Part shown: piece by piece, positions 40,694 through 51,352 of the stretch | Numbering within the stretch: the first letter of the stretch is position 1 | How the letters are laid out: each line of letters opens with the position of its first letter | Assembly: GCA_963765765.1 (NCBI GenBank) | Contig: CAVXYC010000019.1 | Location: 224,001-288,000 of the forward strand | Length of the DNA: 64,000 bases | From: an uncultured Chloroflexia bacterium | GTDB taxonomy: Bacteria > Chloroflexota > UBA6077 > JACCZL01 | Direction of reading: 5' to 3' | Translations under genes and position numbers: made by a program | The notes under the pieces: generated by a model | Told to the model about the DNA's origin: nothing | Database searches by the model: none | The model's input: the letters and a program-made list of their open reading frames with translations, nothing else

Positions 40694-42433
40694 ATGTTGC
40701 TCAGGCGGATGCGCGGCGGACTCGTTCGATCGGCCCAAGTTGCGTCTGTGGTGGTTTTGATGGTTGGGTGCGCGGCGCCCGGAGCACCACCGTCCACCGC
40801 GCCAACGGCGGCCCCGCCGCCCAAGGAGCAGCCCGCCGTCCCGACTGTGGTTCCAGCGCCAACGGTCGCCGCGGCCCAGGCACAACCGTCCCTGTCGCGA
40901 TTGGTCATGGCGGTGGCTCCTCCGGGACGCGAGTCGAACGACGTCCGCTTCACCGGTAACACTGACCTGTGGGCACTCCGCCCGATGTACGAGTTCCTCA
41001 TCGGCCTAGATCCCAAGACGGGCAAGTACATTCCGCAGCTCGCCACCGAGTGGCAGCTTGACGAGGCCGGCCCATCGGCTCGATTCAAGCTACGCAAGGG
41101 TGTGCAGTTCCATGGGGGAAACGGTGAGTTTACCGCCAAAGACGTCGTGTTTACCCGCGAGCAGATGCGCAAGGATGACGTCATCAACGGCTGGCGTACG
41201 TTCTTCGACTCAGCGATCAAGGACATCGAAGTCGTCAATGACTACGAGGTCGTTTTCCATCTCTCGCGAGCAGATCCCAACTTGCTCGACATTATCTGCG
41301 GAAGCCGAAAACGGGTTTGAGATCCGAAGCGCGGCGCACTTCGACAAGATAGGGCCTCCCACCATGGAAAGTGGCCCACTGGCCGGGACGGGTGCCTATC
41401 AGTTCAAGGAGCGTGCTCAGGCACAGTACATTCGGTTTGAGCGCGTGCCATATCAGCATTGGCGAGCCCAGCCCGAGTTCCCTGAGTTCGAGTTCCGTTT
41501 CCAGCGCGAGGCGTCCACTCGTCTGGCCGCGCTGCAGGCCGGCGAAGTCCACATCACCACCTTACCGGCGGACCTACAACGCGATGCCGAGCGTCGAGGC
41601 TTCCCGGTCATCAGCAGTCAGGCTCCAGGCCTGCGCACTTTCATGCGTTACTACTGCTGCATCATGAAGGATCCCAAGAATCCAGACGCTGGCTGGGAGT
41701 ATCCGGATAGCCCGTTGATGGACGTACGTGTCCGCAAGGCGCTCAACAAGGCCATCAACCGCGACGAGCTGAACAAGGCGCTGTTCGACGGTAAGGGCGA
41801 GCCGATGTACGTCACTCAGCACCATCAAACTCGCCTGGGCTGGGACCCCTCGTGGGTGCAGCGCTGGCCAGACGAATACGGCTACGATCCCGCCGCTGCC
41901 CGCGCGCTGCTTGCCGAGGCGGGCTTTACAGCCGGCAAGCCGATGACCACGAACATCGTTTGTCGACGCCGATGGCCTCCATTGGTCAGGCACAGGATGT
42001 TCAAGAAGCCGTGGCCGGATACTGGCGTGCTGTAGGTGCCCAGGTGGAGCTACTGTCCACAGATCCGACAGAGATCGCCAACAACACACGCGTCCGTAAG
42101 TACAGCAACCACGTCCAGATGTGGGCAAACGCTTCGGCGATGTTCACGGGCTTCACCGGCCTGTTCCTCACCTGGGGCGGACGCGGCAATGGCTTCGAGG
42201 ACTTCGACGTCGATCGCTACGTCCTCGAAGCGGTCAGCACCTTTGACGAGAAGAAGCAGGACGAGGCCTGGCGCAAGGCCGGCGAGGTGCACTTCGCCAA
42301 GCACGCCGCGGTCCCGCTCTTCTGGCTCCCGGCCGAGGCCGTTATCAACCCGCGGGTGGTGTCAGAGTACACGTACCCTGGCAACGTTACCGGGACGTGG
42401 ACGCACGTGTACACGGCGAAGGCCGCGAAGTAG
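40694..42433 (+). CDS. ABC substrate-binding lipoprotein, family 5 (frameshifts near 41295 and 41960)
   Basis: Lipobox MVGC, PQLATEW, FKLRKGVQFH, GTGAY, DVRVRKALNKAINR, YDPAAARALLAEAG. Confidence 0.85.
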
Positions 42434-42550
42434 ACACAGTAGCCGCTGACATCCGGATGACGCAGCGAGCGACCTATTCCGCGGCAGCCGCTGAATACGG
42501 TGGCAACGATCCATCGCGCATAGGCTGTCTAGAAGGCTACGCCAGTGCGG

Positions 42551-43734
42551 TTACCCCCAGAGCTGCTTCGAAGCGATCCGCGCCCCTTCAGCTCCGCGCG
42601 AAACTTGGCCCACATGATCGATGAATGGGCGACGCGGCTCAGGCCGCAGTCGGTGCCTGCGATCACGTTCTCTTTGCCCACCAGATTGGCGTAGCGAACG
42701 AGGCGCTGGGCGACGAGCTCGGGATGCTCCACGAACTCTGGGGCGCAATGGCCCAGCACGCCCGGCATTAGGATCTTGCCGTCGGGGAGCTTTACGTCCT
42801 CGAAGACTTGCCACTCGTGCTCATGTTGCGGATTGGCGGCTTCGATAGAGTAACACTGGGCTTTGACCTTGAAGACTACATCGATGAGGTCCTTCAGGGC
42901 GATGTCCTGAGTGTGCGGATGGTGCGTGCTGCCCCAGCAGATGTGCAGCCGAACCATCTCCTCGGGAATGCCTCGGATAGCGTGGTTGATCGCATCTACG
43001 CGCAGCTCAGCAAACTTTCGATAGTCGTCCACACTCATCTCAGGGTGCACGTGGTAGCCATCGGGCAGGTCAGGATCGTCGAGCTGGAGCATGATGCCTG
43101 CGTCGGTAATGGCTTTGTACTCCTCGTGCATGGCGTCGGCCACGGCGAAGAGCAGCTCTTCCTGGGTCTTGTAGTGGTGATTGCGAAGCCAGTGCTCCAC
43201 GGTGCCCGGAGCGAGCGCCGAGAGGAATCCTTCGGTCACGTCGGCGCCCTGGAGACCGGCCTTGAAGTACTCGATATCGCGCTGCACTTCTTCCTGGCCG
43301 ACGTAGGTGATTGGGCCAACGCAGAAGACGCCCTGCTGGGCAAAGCCGCCGCCGCTTTGGACGTTCGCCGGCGTACCGCCAAATCCCTGCCGGGCCATCT
43401 TGAAGAATTCAGGGAAGAGCTGCGCCTCTCGGTTGAGAATCGACCCGTACATCGGGTCTTCCCCCTCGGCCAGCGGGCGCTGTTCCACGCCGCCCAATCG
43501 GCCACGAGCATACGTTTGCCAGCTGCGCTTTGTGTACTCACCATCGTTTACGACGTCGACGCCGTTGTTGGCCTGCTCTTTCACGACCCAGGCAACGGCT
43601 TCTTTCACACGAGCGGCGAGCGCGTCGTCGAACGGGTCTCCGTCCTTCCTTGTGGCCATCAAATCACGGAGATCGTCTGGCCGGTGAAGGCTGCCCGCGT
43701 GGCTGAGGAGAATCCTATTCTCACTGCGTTTCAT
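42551..43734 (-). CDS. Cobalamin-independent methionine synthase II-like protein (frameshift at the extreme C-terminus)
   Basis: SHAGSLHRP, NDGE, LQLDDP, HICWG, EAANPQHEHEW, GTDCG; true end probably ...ASKQLWG*. Confidence 0.85.
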
Positions 43735-43780
43735 TAAAAGCTCCGAAGGGACGTATGGGAGAAACGGTACGGACGAGCCA

Positions 43781-45067
43781 TCATCGAGACGATGGCTCCA
43801 GACGGGGGTCGAATCGCTCACGGTATTCAGCGCTTGCTTCCCACCAGTCGACGTTTCGAGGCAGGATGACCTCCCCTGAGCGCACGCGATAGACCGTGGG
43901 ATTGTCCACACCAGGTGGGATCACGCCGCGCTCCTCGAACGCGCGGGCGGCCTCAATAAGTCGTCGGCGGGTGCGGATAATGAGCACGTCTGAAGTTCCG
44001 AGGCGTTCCCTGGTTCGATCGTAGATCGCCCCCATGCTCTCGGTCACTGCCACGTCCTGCTGGCGTATACCAGGGATGCCCGTATAGCTCTTCCAGGTGC
44101 GCTGGGCTTCGCGATCCAGGAGGTAGTCGTTGCTGACGTTCTGCTCGATGTTCCATCGACCGTAGCGGCTGTTCGTGTTCGGCAGCCAATTTGCGCTGGG
44201 ATCGCCGGTGCGGGCGGTCGCGTCCTGCATGGAGACGTAGCACTCCCATTGCAGCATGTGCTCGTCGTCAATCGGGACGTAGGCGTTGAGCTTCGCTTCG
44301 CTGCCCATCGTGCCGGTTGGCTGCATCGCGTAGAACGGAAACAGATAGTGACCGATGCGCCAGTAGTGGCTATCGTCCTCGGCCGGCCGGTAGGCGCCAT
44401 AGGACGTGCCCCACTCCGTCTCCAGGACCGAGAAGCGCGGCGCCCGCTGCTTGTAGTGGTAGTAACCAAAGCTGCCGGGCTCATACTCGTCAGGCTGGTT
44501 CGCTCCGCCGTGCAGAAACGCGGCGTGAACTGTATCCATCTCCCCTTCCCAGCCCTGCATCCAGTTGCAGGCTCGAGAGATGATGCGGATCTTCGTGGGA
44601 TCACTGTTTGCTAGCGTCGCTTCGAGGTCGGGTAGTGGCGGAGGGACGGACCGCGGCCCCATGTATGCCCAGATGATCCCATTTCGCTCCTTCGCGGCGT
44701 AGGCCGTAACCTTGACCTTGTGTTTGAAGTTTGACTCTGGCGGCTCATTCGGCATGTCCACGCAGGCGCCCGAGGTGTCGAACTTCCAGCCGTGATAGAC
44801 GCAGCGCAGGCCTTCCTCCTCATTGCGTCCGAAGAAAAGCGATGCGCCGCGGTGCGGGCAGTTCTCTGCAACGATGCCCACCTCGCCCGAGGATGATCTG
44901 AACCCGACGAGGTCCTCACCCAGGAGCCGAAGTCGAATCGGTGGGCAGTCGGGCGCAGGAAGCTCGTCTGATCGGATCGCGGGAATCCAGTACTGCCGCA
45001 TCATCCGACCCATTGGGGTGCCGGGGCCTATACGACAGAGGTACTCGTTGGCCTCATGACTCAGCAT
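43781..45067 (-). CDS. Rieske oxygenase alpha subunit (phthalate 4,5-dioxygenase/LigXa-like)
   Basis: CPHRG...CVYHGW Rieske motif; EGEMDTVHAAFLH and QDVAV mononuclear Fe site. Confidence 0.9.
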   Translation of the reverse strand: MLSHEANEYLCRIGPGTPMGRMMRQYWIPAIRSDELPAPDCPPIRLRLLGEDLVGFRSSSGEVGIVAENCPHRGASLFFGRNEEEGLRCVYHGWKFDTSGACVDMPNEPPESNFKHKVKVTAYAAKERNGIIWAYMGPRSVPPPLPDLEATLANSDPTKIRIISRACNWMQGWEGEMDTVHAAFLHGGANQPDEYEPGSFGYYHYKQRAPRFSVLETEWGTSYGAYRPAEDDSHYWRIGHYLFPFYAMQPTGTMGSEAKLNAYVPIDDEHMLQWECYVSMQDATARTGDPSANWLPNTNSRYGRWNIEQNVSNDYLLDREAQRTWKSYTGIPGIRQQDVAVTESMGAIYDRTRERLGTSDVLIIRTRRRLIEAARAFEERGVIPPGVDNPTVYRVRSGEVILPRNVDWWEASAEYRERFDPRLEPSSR

Positions 45068-45246
45068 GACGTAACTCCTCGAGCGTGTCCTTGGAGCAGT
45101 AGAGCGCGGCGTGGATGATTGCCGTCGCTCGCCGATGCTAGCAGAATGCCCATGTAGAGTCTACGAAGTCAATGATCACTGTCATCGTTGGCAGGCATGT
45201 ACAATCGGCGCACGTCCGAACGGTGGAAGAGGGAGGAGCATCGATC

Positions 45247-46011
45247 ATGCCAAAGAAGGGCTCGGGCATCTTTCTCGTCTACACGGATCTCGGGGACCCG
45301 TCTCTCGAGGCGGAGTTCAACGCCTGGTACACCAACGAGCACATACCTGATCTGCTCAAACTGCCGGGTTTCCTGGATGCCGCTCGCTATCAGGCCGTGA
45401 GCGGCGGCCCCAAGTACCTCGCAGCATATGAGGTGGAGACGACCGATGCGGTCTACAGCCCAGAGTTCACCAATCGCGTGCGCTCAGAGCGAGATCAGCT
45501 CTATTCACCCACGGTCATCGGGAAAAACCTGACTCGAATCGTGGGCAAGCAGTTCTACCCGACTGAGCTGGAGAACCTGGATCGTGGCATGGCGCCTGTT
45601 CTGCAGATCGGCCGCATGTCCGTGCCCGAGGATCGGGAGGAAGACTGGAACGCCTGGTACAACGGCACCTACATCCCGGGCTACCGAACCGTACCCGGTG
45701 TCATCTACGCTCGGCGTTACAACGTGGTGGAAGGTGAGCGACGGTTCACCACCGTGTACGAGTTCGAGCACGAGAACGTGCCACAGAGCAAAGAGTGGAA
45801 CGAGCTCCGAATGAACGGCTCGCCGCAGAATGTCCCCATGCGCGAGATCATGGACATGGCGCCGGGGTCGCCTGGAGTGTACGGAGAATTTCGTAGGCAA
45901 CTGTGGAAGGACCCCACCCCAGCCCTCCCCGCTGCGGCAGGGAGCCGGAATCTCAAATTCCCTAAACATGCTCCTCCCTGCCGCAGCGGGGAGGGCTGGG
46001 GTCTTCCCTAA
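45247..46011 (+). CDS. Duplicated EthD/DUF4286-like dimeric alpha-beta barrel protein (true stop probably near 45900)
   Basis: Two repeats, EAEFNAWYTNEHIP...PGF and EEDWNAWYNGTYIP...PGV; the ORF runs into a palindrome. Confidence 0.75.
   Translation: MPKKGSGIFLVYTDLGDPSLEAEFNAWYTNEHIPDLLKLPGFLDAARYQAVSGGPKYLAAYEVETTDAVYSPEFTNRVRSERDQLYSPTVIGKNLTRIVGKQFYPTELENLDRGMAPVLQIGRMSVPEDREEDWNAWYNGTYIPGYRTVPGVIYARRYNVVEGERRFTTVYEFEHENVPQSKEWNELRMNGSPQNVPMREIMDMAPGSPGVYGEFRRQLWKDPTPALPAAAGSRNLKFPKHAPPCRSGEGWGLP
45910..46003. repeat. BoxC-like palindromic element, copy 3
   Basis: Same arms as 10040; loop shares ctaaaca with copy 1. Confidence 0.8.
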
Positions 46012-46017
46012 GATCTC

Positions 46018-46395
46018 CTAGTGGTTGCCCTTGTTGTTGTTCTCGTCCGACCGACGGTCAGACTGCTCTCGCCCGTCGCGTGGGTCGCGTTTTGAGTCGA
46101 GATGTTCCACCGTCAGGTGGTCAAGAATCCCAATAGCCCGGAAACCGCCGGCCGGGCGATTCATCACCTGCAGCACGTAGTAGTCATCCTGGAGCGGTAG
46201 CGAATCGTTCGATTGATCTTTGATCCAGTCGATGTGGATGGTGACGCGCTCTTTCACGCCGCTCACGCCGGAGCTGATCAGCACGATCTTGTCCCGAATC
46301 GGACAGTCGTCTTCAGAGCTCGCACCGCAATCGAGTGTGCCATCAAGGGCGAGCTCATCCGCGTACGCGGCAGAAATGTGCCCAACCATTCCCAC
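46018..46395 (-). CDS. Hypothetical protein (start uncertain)
   Basis: Fills the gap between repeat and LLM gene; acidic, two Cys; no recognisable motif. Confidence 0.4.
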   Translation of the reverse strand: MGMVGHISAAYADELALDGTLDCGASSEDDCPIRDKIVLISSGVSGVKERVTIHIDWIKDQSNDSLPLQDDYYVLQVMNRPAGGFRAIGILDHLTVEHLDSKRDPRDGREQSDRRSDENNNKGNH

Positions 46396-46468
46396 AAATG
46401 CTGCAAGGAGCGCTGCACCTGCATATCACGGCATGAATTTCATGTGATGACGGTTCACCATGGTCGCC

Positions 46469-47320
46469 CTACTCGGATGCGAATTGACTGATCAGGCTGG
46501 CGTAGCGATCGAGTCTCGGTAGTAAGGCGTCAGCCGGCTCAGAGGGAAGACCGAATATTGCGCGCGTGACACCTGCCTCGGCCAGGGCGGTAATGTCCGC
46601 TGGTCGCGGCGGGGCAAAGAAGATTGAGATAGGTGCGGACGAGCGCGCTCGTCCGGCCTCATCAAGACGCTGGTGCAGCTCGGCGATGCGCGGGAGTGGA
46701 TCTTGACCGGGGCGCATGATCGGCATCCAGCCGTCGCCAAACTCAATCACCCGATCGAACGTTGTCGCGCCATCGCCACCAATCAAGATCGGCGGGTGAG
46801 GCTGCTGCAGCGGCTTGGGCCAGGACCAGATTGGATCGAAATCAACGAGCTCGCCGTGGTATTCCGCGGCGTCGTTGGTCCAGATCGCCTTCATCGCCAG
46901 GACGCGTTCACGCAACAATCGCATCCGTGTCTTCGGATTCGTCCCGTGGTTCTCCATCTCCTCGGTGTTCCAGCCGCCGCCGATTCCAAAGATGAAGCGT
47001 CCGCCGGTAAGCTGATCGAGCGTCGCGACTTCTTTAGCCATGACTATCGGGTCGCGCTCCACCACCAGACACACCCCGGTACCCAGCTTCAGGTGCTGTG
47101 TAGCGCCGGCCGCGGCCATGAGTGCGATGAAGGGGTCATAGGCAGACGAGTATTCGCGTGGTAGGGTGTCGCCTCCTGGCCAGCGACTGCGTCGACTCGT
47201 TGGGATATGCGTGTGCTCAGGTACCCAGAATGACTCGAACCCACGCTCTTCGAGTGCTCTGGCCAGCTCCGCCGGCTGCATGGCGTACTCGGTGGGGAAC
47301 ATCACCGCTCCGAAGTCCAT
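46469..47320 (-). CDS. LLM class, probably F420-dependent, oxidoreductase (Rv2161c-like)
   Basis: WVPEHTHIP, YDPF, AKEVATLD, GIGGGWNTEEM, WPKPLQQPHPPI. Confidence 0.9.
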   Translation of the reverse strand: MDFGAVMFPTEYAMQPAELARALEERGFESFWVPEHTHIPTSRRSRWPGGDTLPREYSSAYDPFIALMAAAGATQHLKLGTGVCLVVERDPIVMAKEVATLDQLTGGRFIFGIGGGWNTEEMENHGTNPKTRMRLLRERVLAMKAIWTNDAAEYHGELVDFDPIWSWPKPLQQPHPPILIGGDGATTFDRVIEFGDGWMPIMRPGQDPLPRIAELHQRLDEAGRARSSAPISIFFAPPRPADITALAEAGVTRAIFGLPSEPADALLPRLDRYASLISQFASE

Positions 47321-47466
47321 TGACGTGCCTCCGCTCGCGTTTCAGCGCCTGAGAATTCTGACGCTACGGCCGAGATTGATTATGGGGTCAATCCCCCGCT
47401 GATGCGCGTCAACTGGTTTCCCCGTACACTGCGGCTATCAGCAGTAGATGGATCTGGAGAGTCACC

Positions 47467-48813
47467 ATGCTCAGCCGCGAGAACAACGAGATGCTGACCC
47501 GGGTGGGGCCTGGTACACCCATGGGCGAGGTGCTCCGACAGTATTGGCACCCGTTCCTCTATCCCGATGAGCTCAAACCGGACGGCGCCCCTCTGCGTAT
47601 CCGACTGCTGGGCGAGGACCTGGTGGCGTTCCGCACCGCGTCGGGCGATGTCGGGTTGATTCAGAACAACTGCCCACATCGCGGCGCCAGCATGTTCTTC
47701 GGCCGCAACGAGGAAGAAGGCCTGCGTTGCGTCTATCACGGCTGGAAATTCAACGTCGCGGGCGATTGTGTGGACATGCCCAACGAGCCGCCAGAGTCTA
47801 ATTTCAAGCACAAGGTGCGGGTCACCGCCTATCCGTGCGTGGAGCGCGGCGGCATGATCTGGACCTATATGGGCCCCGAGAACCCGGCTCCTGCCATTCC
47901 CGACCTCGAGTTCCTGAATGTGAACGACGATCAGCGCTTCTACTGGAAGCGGGTCCAGACGTGTAACTGGGTCCAGGCCATGGAAGGCGACATCGACCAG
48001 AGTCACAACTCGTTTCTCCACACGTGGCTGGATTCGGCCATCGACACGACCAGTCGAAGTCGAATCACTCAGATTCGCGATCGTGACAAGAGTCCGCACT
48101 TTGAAGTGGTCGAAACAGACTACGGCGTCTGCGTAGCTGCGCGGCGGAACGCCGAACCCGATACTTACTACGTGCGGCTCACCCAATTCCTGATGCCCTA
48201 CCACACTATGACCGGACCGTACGGTGAGAATCCCATGCGCACCTGGCGGGGCTGGGTGCCGATTGACGATGAGAACACCCTCGTCCACGGCGTGAACTTT
48301 CACCCACTGCGTCGGCTGAACGAGCACGAGCGTGGTGGCAACAACCTGCGTGCGCCGGGGCCAAATGGATACCGAGTGCGAGGAAACGTGTTCTACGTGG
48401 AGCCCGAGGATCGCGCGCCGGCCACGAGCCAGCCTTTTGGCGCGTGGTATCCGCTGGACAGCCTGGAGAACGATCTACGGGTCAATCGCGACGTCCAGAA
48501 AAAGCTGACGTTTTCGGGCATCCCGGTCTTCTGGGCCCAGGACGGCGGCACGCAGCTCACCATGGGCAAGATCTACGACCGCACGAAGGAGCATCTCGGC
48601 ACCACCGACCTGGGCATCATCGGCACCCGCAAGAAGCTTCTCAATGCCGCGAAAGCTCTCCAGGAACGCGGAGAGACTCCGCCCGGCGTGCGCAATCCCG
48701 AGTGGTATCAAGTCCGTGGCGCGGCCATCGAGATCAAACGAAGTCAAAATTGGTACGAGGCTTCCGAAGAGACGCGGAAGGTGATTCCCGGCGTAAATCA
48801 AGCGGGGGTGTAG
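47467..48813 (+). CDS. Rieske oxygenase alpha subunit (phthalate 4,5-dioxygenase/LigXa-like)
   Basis: CPHRG...CVYHGW; EGDIDQSHNSFLH; AQDG; EHLGTTD. Confidence 0.9.
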   Translation: MLSRENNEMLTRVGPGTPMGEVLRQYWHPFLYPDELKPDGAPLRIRLLGEDLVAFRTASGDVGLIQNNCPHRGASMFFGRNEEEGLRCVYHGWKFNVAGDCVDMPNEPPESNFKHKVRVTAYPCVERGGMIWTYMGPENPAPAIPDLEFLNVNDDQRFYWKRVQTCNWVQAMEGDIDQSHNSFLHTWLDSAIDTTSRSRITQIRDRDKSPHFEVVETDYGVCVAARRNAEPDTYYVRLTQFLMPYHTMTGPYGENPMRTWRGWVPIDDENTLVHGVNFHPLRRLNEHERGGNNLRAPGPNGYRVRGNVFYVEPEDRAPATSQPFGAWYPLDSLENDLRVNRDVQKKLTFSGIPVFWAQDGGTQLTMGKIYDRTKEHLGTTDLGIIGTRKKLLNAAKALQERGETPPGVRNPEWYQVRGAAIEIKRSQNWYEASEETRKVIPGVNQAGV

Positions 48814-49045
48814 GCGCTAGCGCCATAGTCTTGCTGGAGTCGTGCGTCAGCGAACCGCGATTTCGAGGATGTTTGAGCGGATTCTGCAAGGTCATCCCGA
48901 CTGAGCGATGCAGACTGCTCGTCGAGTCGACTTGTGAAATTGCGGATTATTACCCTAGTTGTAGAGCGCACCTTGATGGGAGCAAATGCACCTGACTTGG
49001 TTCACCGAATACGGCTCATTGACTGAGATGTAGACAACCTCGGAG

Positions 49046-49360
49046 CTACGCCGCCAGTGGCTCACCCGCAGGCTTACTTTGGTCAAGCCGCAGAATCATT
49101 CGGGCATCGTCGCGCCGGCCCTGCTCCACACAGTCCAAGTAGGTGGAGTACAGGGCCTTATCGACCATTTGCCGGCGGCGAGGATGCACGACCGGATCGA
49201 TCTTCTCGCGGGCCTCATTCAATCTGGCAAGGCGCTTGAGTAGCATGAGGTGTAGCTGCAATCGCCTCACGTCCTCAGCGTCCGACGGCGACTCGGTGAT
49301 GTTCGATTGGACGGCCAGCGGGGAATTGGTCATAAGCGGTTCTCTCATGGGAGATGGCAT
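49046..49360 (-). CDS. Hypothetical helical protein
   Basis: GGGAG upstream; amphipathic helical composition; fills a gene gap. Confidence 0.5.
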   Translation of the reverse strand: MPSPMREPLMTNSPLAVQSNITESPSDAEDVRRLQLHLMLLKRLARLNEAREKIDPVVHPRRRQMVDKALYSTYLDCVEQGRRDDARMILRLDQSKPAGEPLAA

Positions 49361-49504
49361 TTACGGCGTCTCCCTAGATACATAATCGTTTATGGATTGT
49401 TAGAGGGACGTGGGAGCGGTGTCAGATTTATCTAATATTCTTCTCGGCCGTAGTGAACTCATCCCCAGCGCTCTCAAGCTCCAGATATATGAAGGGACTG
49501 ACAA

Positions 49505-50382
49505 TGATCGTGCCTGGTGAATCTCTCGCACCCGAGCTGCTGGAGCGAATTCTTGCCAAGCTTGGGTTTGCGAACGCGCCAGAGCCCTCGTTGAGCGGGC
49601 TTCGGTCCCTTTACGAAGCGTGGTGTCGTTCGGTGCCATTTGACAACGTGCGCAAGCTGATCCACGTGCGGAGTCAGGATTCGGGGCCATTGCCAGGCGA
49701 TGACTCGGAGGATTTCTTCGATGCCTGGTTGAAGCACGGGACGGGTGGGACGTGCTGGGTGACGAACGGCGGGCTGTTTCGGCTGCTGGACTCGCTCGGC
49801 TTTAACGCGGTGCGGGGTGAGGCGACGATGCTGATCGCGCCAAATATTCCGCCGAACCATGGCACGGTGATCGTTTCGCTGGACGATGAGCGCTACATCG
49901 TTGATGGATCGATTCTTCAGGTGGAGCCGCTGCGCCTCGATGAGACGAGCGTGACGGGAGTGTCAAACGGGGCCTGGGGAGTGCAATGTGAAAAACGAGA
50001 TGGGCACTGGGTGATTCGTTGGCGTCCAGCCCATATGCCGGATGGGATGGATTGCCGTATCGAAAGACTGGAGGTCACGCGCGAGACGTTCCACCAGCGG
50101 CATGAAGCAACACGCCCGTGGAGTCCATTCAATTACGAGCTGTACGCGCGATCAGTTCGAGGTGATTCGATGGTTAGCGCGTGCTTCCAGCAACGGGTGG
50201 AATTCGATCATAACGGTCAGATGTCGAAGTCACCACTCGATGAACGCGGGCGAGCGCGTTTTCTCATCGAAGAGTTGGGGATGAGCGAAGAGATCGTCCA
50301 CGCGCTTCCCCCGGACATGCCCACACCGCCGCCACCATGGTCGGAGACGGCTAAACGCGCCGCGAGCCACCCCGGCCGGTGA
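49505..50382 (+). CDS. Arylamine N-acetyltransferase family protein
   Basis: VPFDN, GGTCW (Cys), NHGTV (His), IVDG (Asp) catalytic triad. Confidence 0.8.
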
Positions 50383-51155
50383 TCTCTCGGGTGGAGCTCG
50401 CAGCGGCGTCGCTCCACGCCACGAACTACTCCGTTGGAGTCGTGCGGGTCGGCAATGACGGTCGCGGACTGTTTGGCTCGGGCACCCTCATAGCTGCGGC
50501 CAGGTCACGATCGATTCTTACCAGTGCGGACGTTCTCGACCTCCTTTCCAATTCTGGGAGGCTTGGAATCGCCCTGCGCACTGAGCTGAATCAGATTAGC
50601 CTCGACGCGTCTGGGCTGATTTATCGGCGGCTCCCGGTCATTCACGGTCAGGTTGACAGTCGTCTCGGGCTGATCGAGTTCTCGGAAGACGCGGCGCAGC
50701 GATTCGACGAGCGGAAGAGATTCGTTGACGTGGGCGCTGCTTTAGCGGCGGAGACACCTTTAGCGGCGGAGACACAAGGAAGGGCGTTCTGGTGCGTGAA
50801 TGGTTTTACCGCCAAGATGACGACGACTGACCTACCGCTCGATTGCTTTGACATGGTGTGTGGGTACACGAACATCACCGCATTACGGACGACGCCGATC
50901 GACAGCTCATCCGAGCTCGAGAAGATCATCGATCTGGAGCTTGACATGGTGAGTGAGCACGTTGGGCCGCAGGGTTTCGCAGGACTGGTGGGCGGTACTC
51001 TCTGGAAGATGCAATTCGCCCGTGACCCGTCCCGCACGTGGATTCAAGAGGCTGTCCTCTCCGGGGTGGTTGATGCTGTCATGGATACGACGAAGGGCTC
51101 AGTCCACGTGCGATGCATCTCCGCGAGGCTGGCCATGGAAGCCATTCAGGCATAA
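50379..51155 (+). CDS. Trypsin-fold-like protein lacking the catalytic His/Ser
   Basis: FGSGTLI...ILTSADV (cf. TAAHV) and FAGLVGGTLW (cf. GxSGGPxW); GTGA overlap with the NAT gene. Confidence 0.45.
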   Translation: MISRVELAAASLHATNYSVGVVRVGNDGRGLFGSGTLIAAARSRSILTSADVLDLLSNSGRLGIALRTELNQISLDASGLIYRRLPVIHGQVDSRLGLIEFSEDAAQRFDERKRFVDVGAALAAETPLAAETQGRAFWCVNGFTAKMTTTDLPLDCFDMVCGYTNITALRTTPIDSSSELEKIIDLELDMVSEHVGPQGFAGLVGGTLWKMQFARDPSRTWIQEAVLSGVVDAVMDTTKGSVHVRCISARLAMEAIQA

Positions 51156-51159
51156 GTAG

Positions 51160-51296
51160 CCCCCCGTGACCGCCGACATCCTGTAGGCCCGGCCCCTGAG
51201 CGCCGCCCCAAAAGACTCAGACGCTAGATGATGTGGCGCTCGCGATGCGGCCCTATCGGGTCGGGCCGAGAGGATGTCGGCGGTCACGGGAGGGGC
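51160..51296. repeat. Long inverted repeat (REP-like)
   Basis: cccgtgaccgccgacatcct ... aggatgtcggcggtcacggg. Confidence 0.7.
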
Positions 51297-51352
51297 CTTA
51301 GTTGCCCCGTCATTGGGAACGGATCAAGAATGCTTGCGCACGATGGAGTTAC

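Noticed and set aside
10040-46003. Recurrent near-identical repeats as a CRISPR array
   Set aside because: They are dispersed inverted pairs kilobases apart, not tandem direct repeats with spacers, and no cas genes are present.
45890-46011. Palindrome exapted as coding sequence at the end of the EthD-like gene
   Set aside because: A TAG lies in another frame at about 45894, so read-through is more likely an indel artefact.
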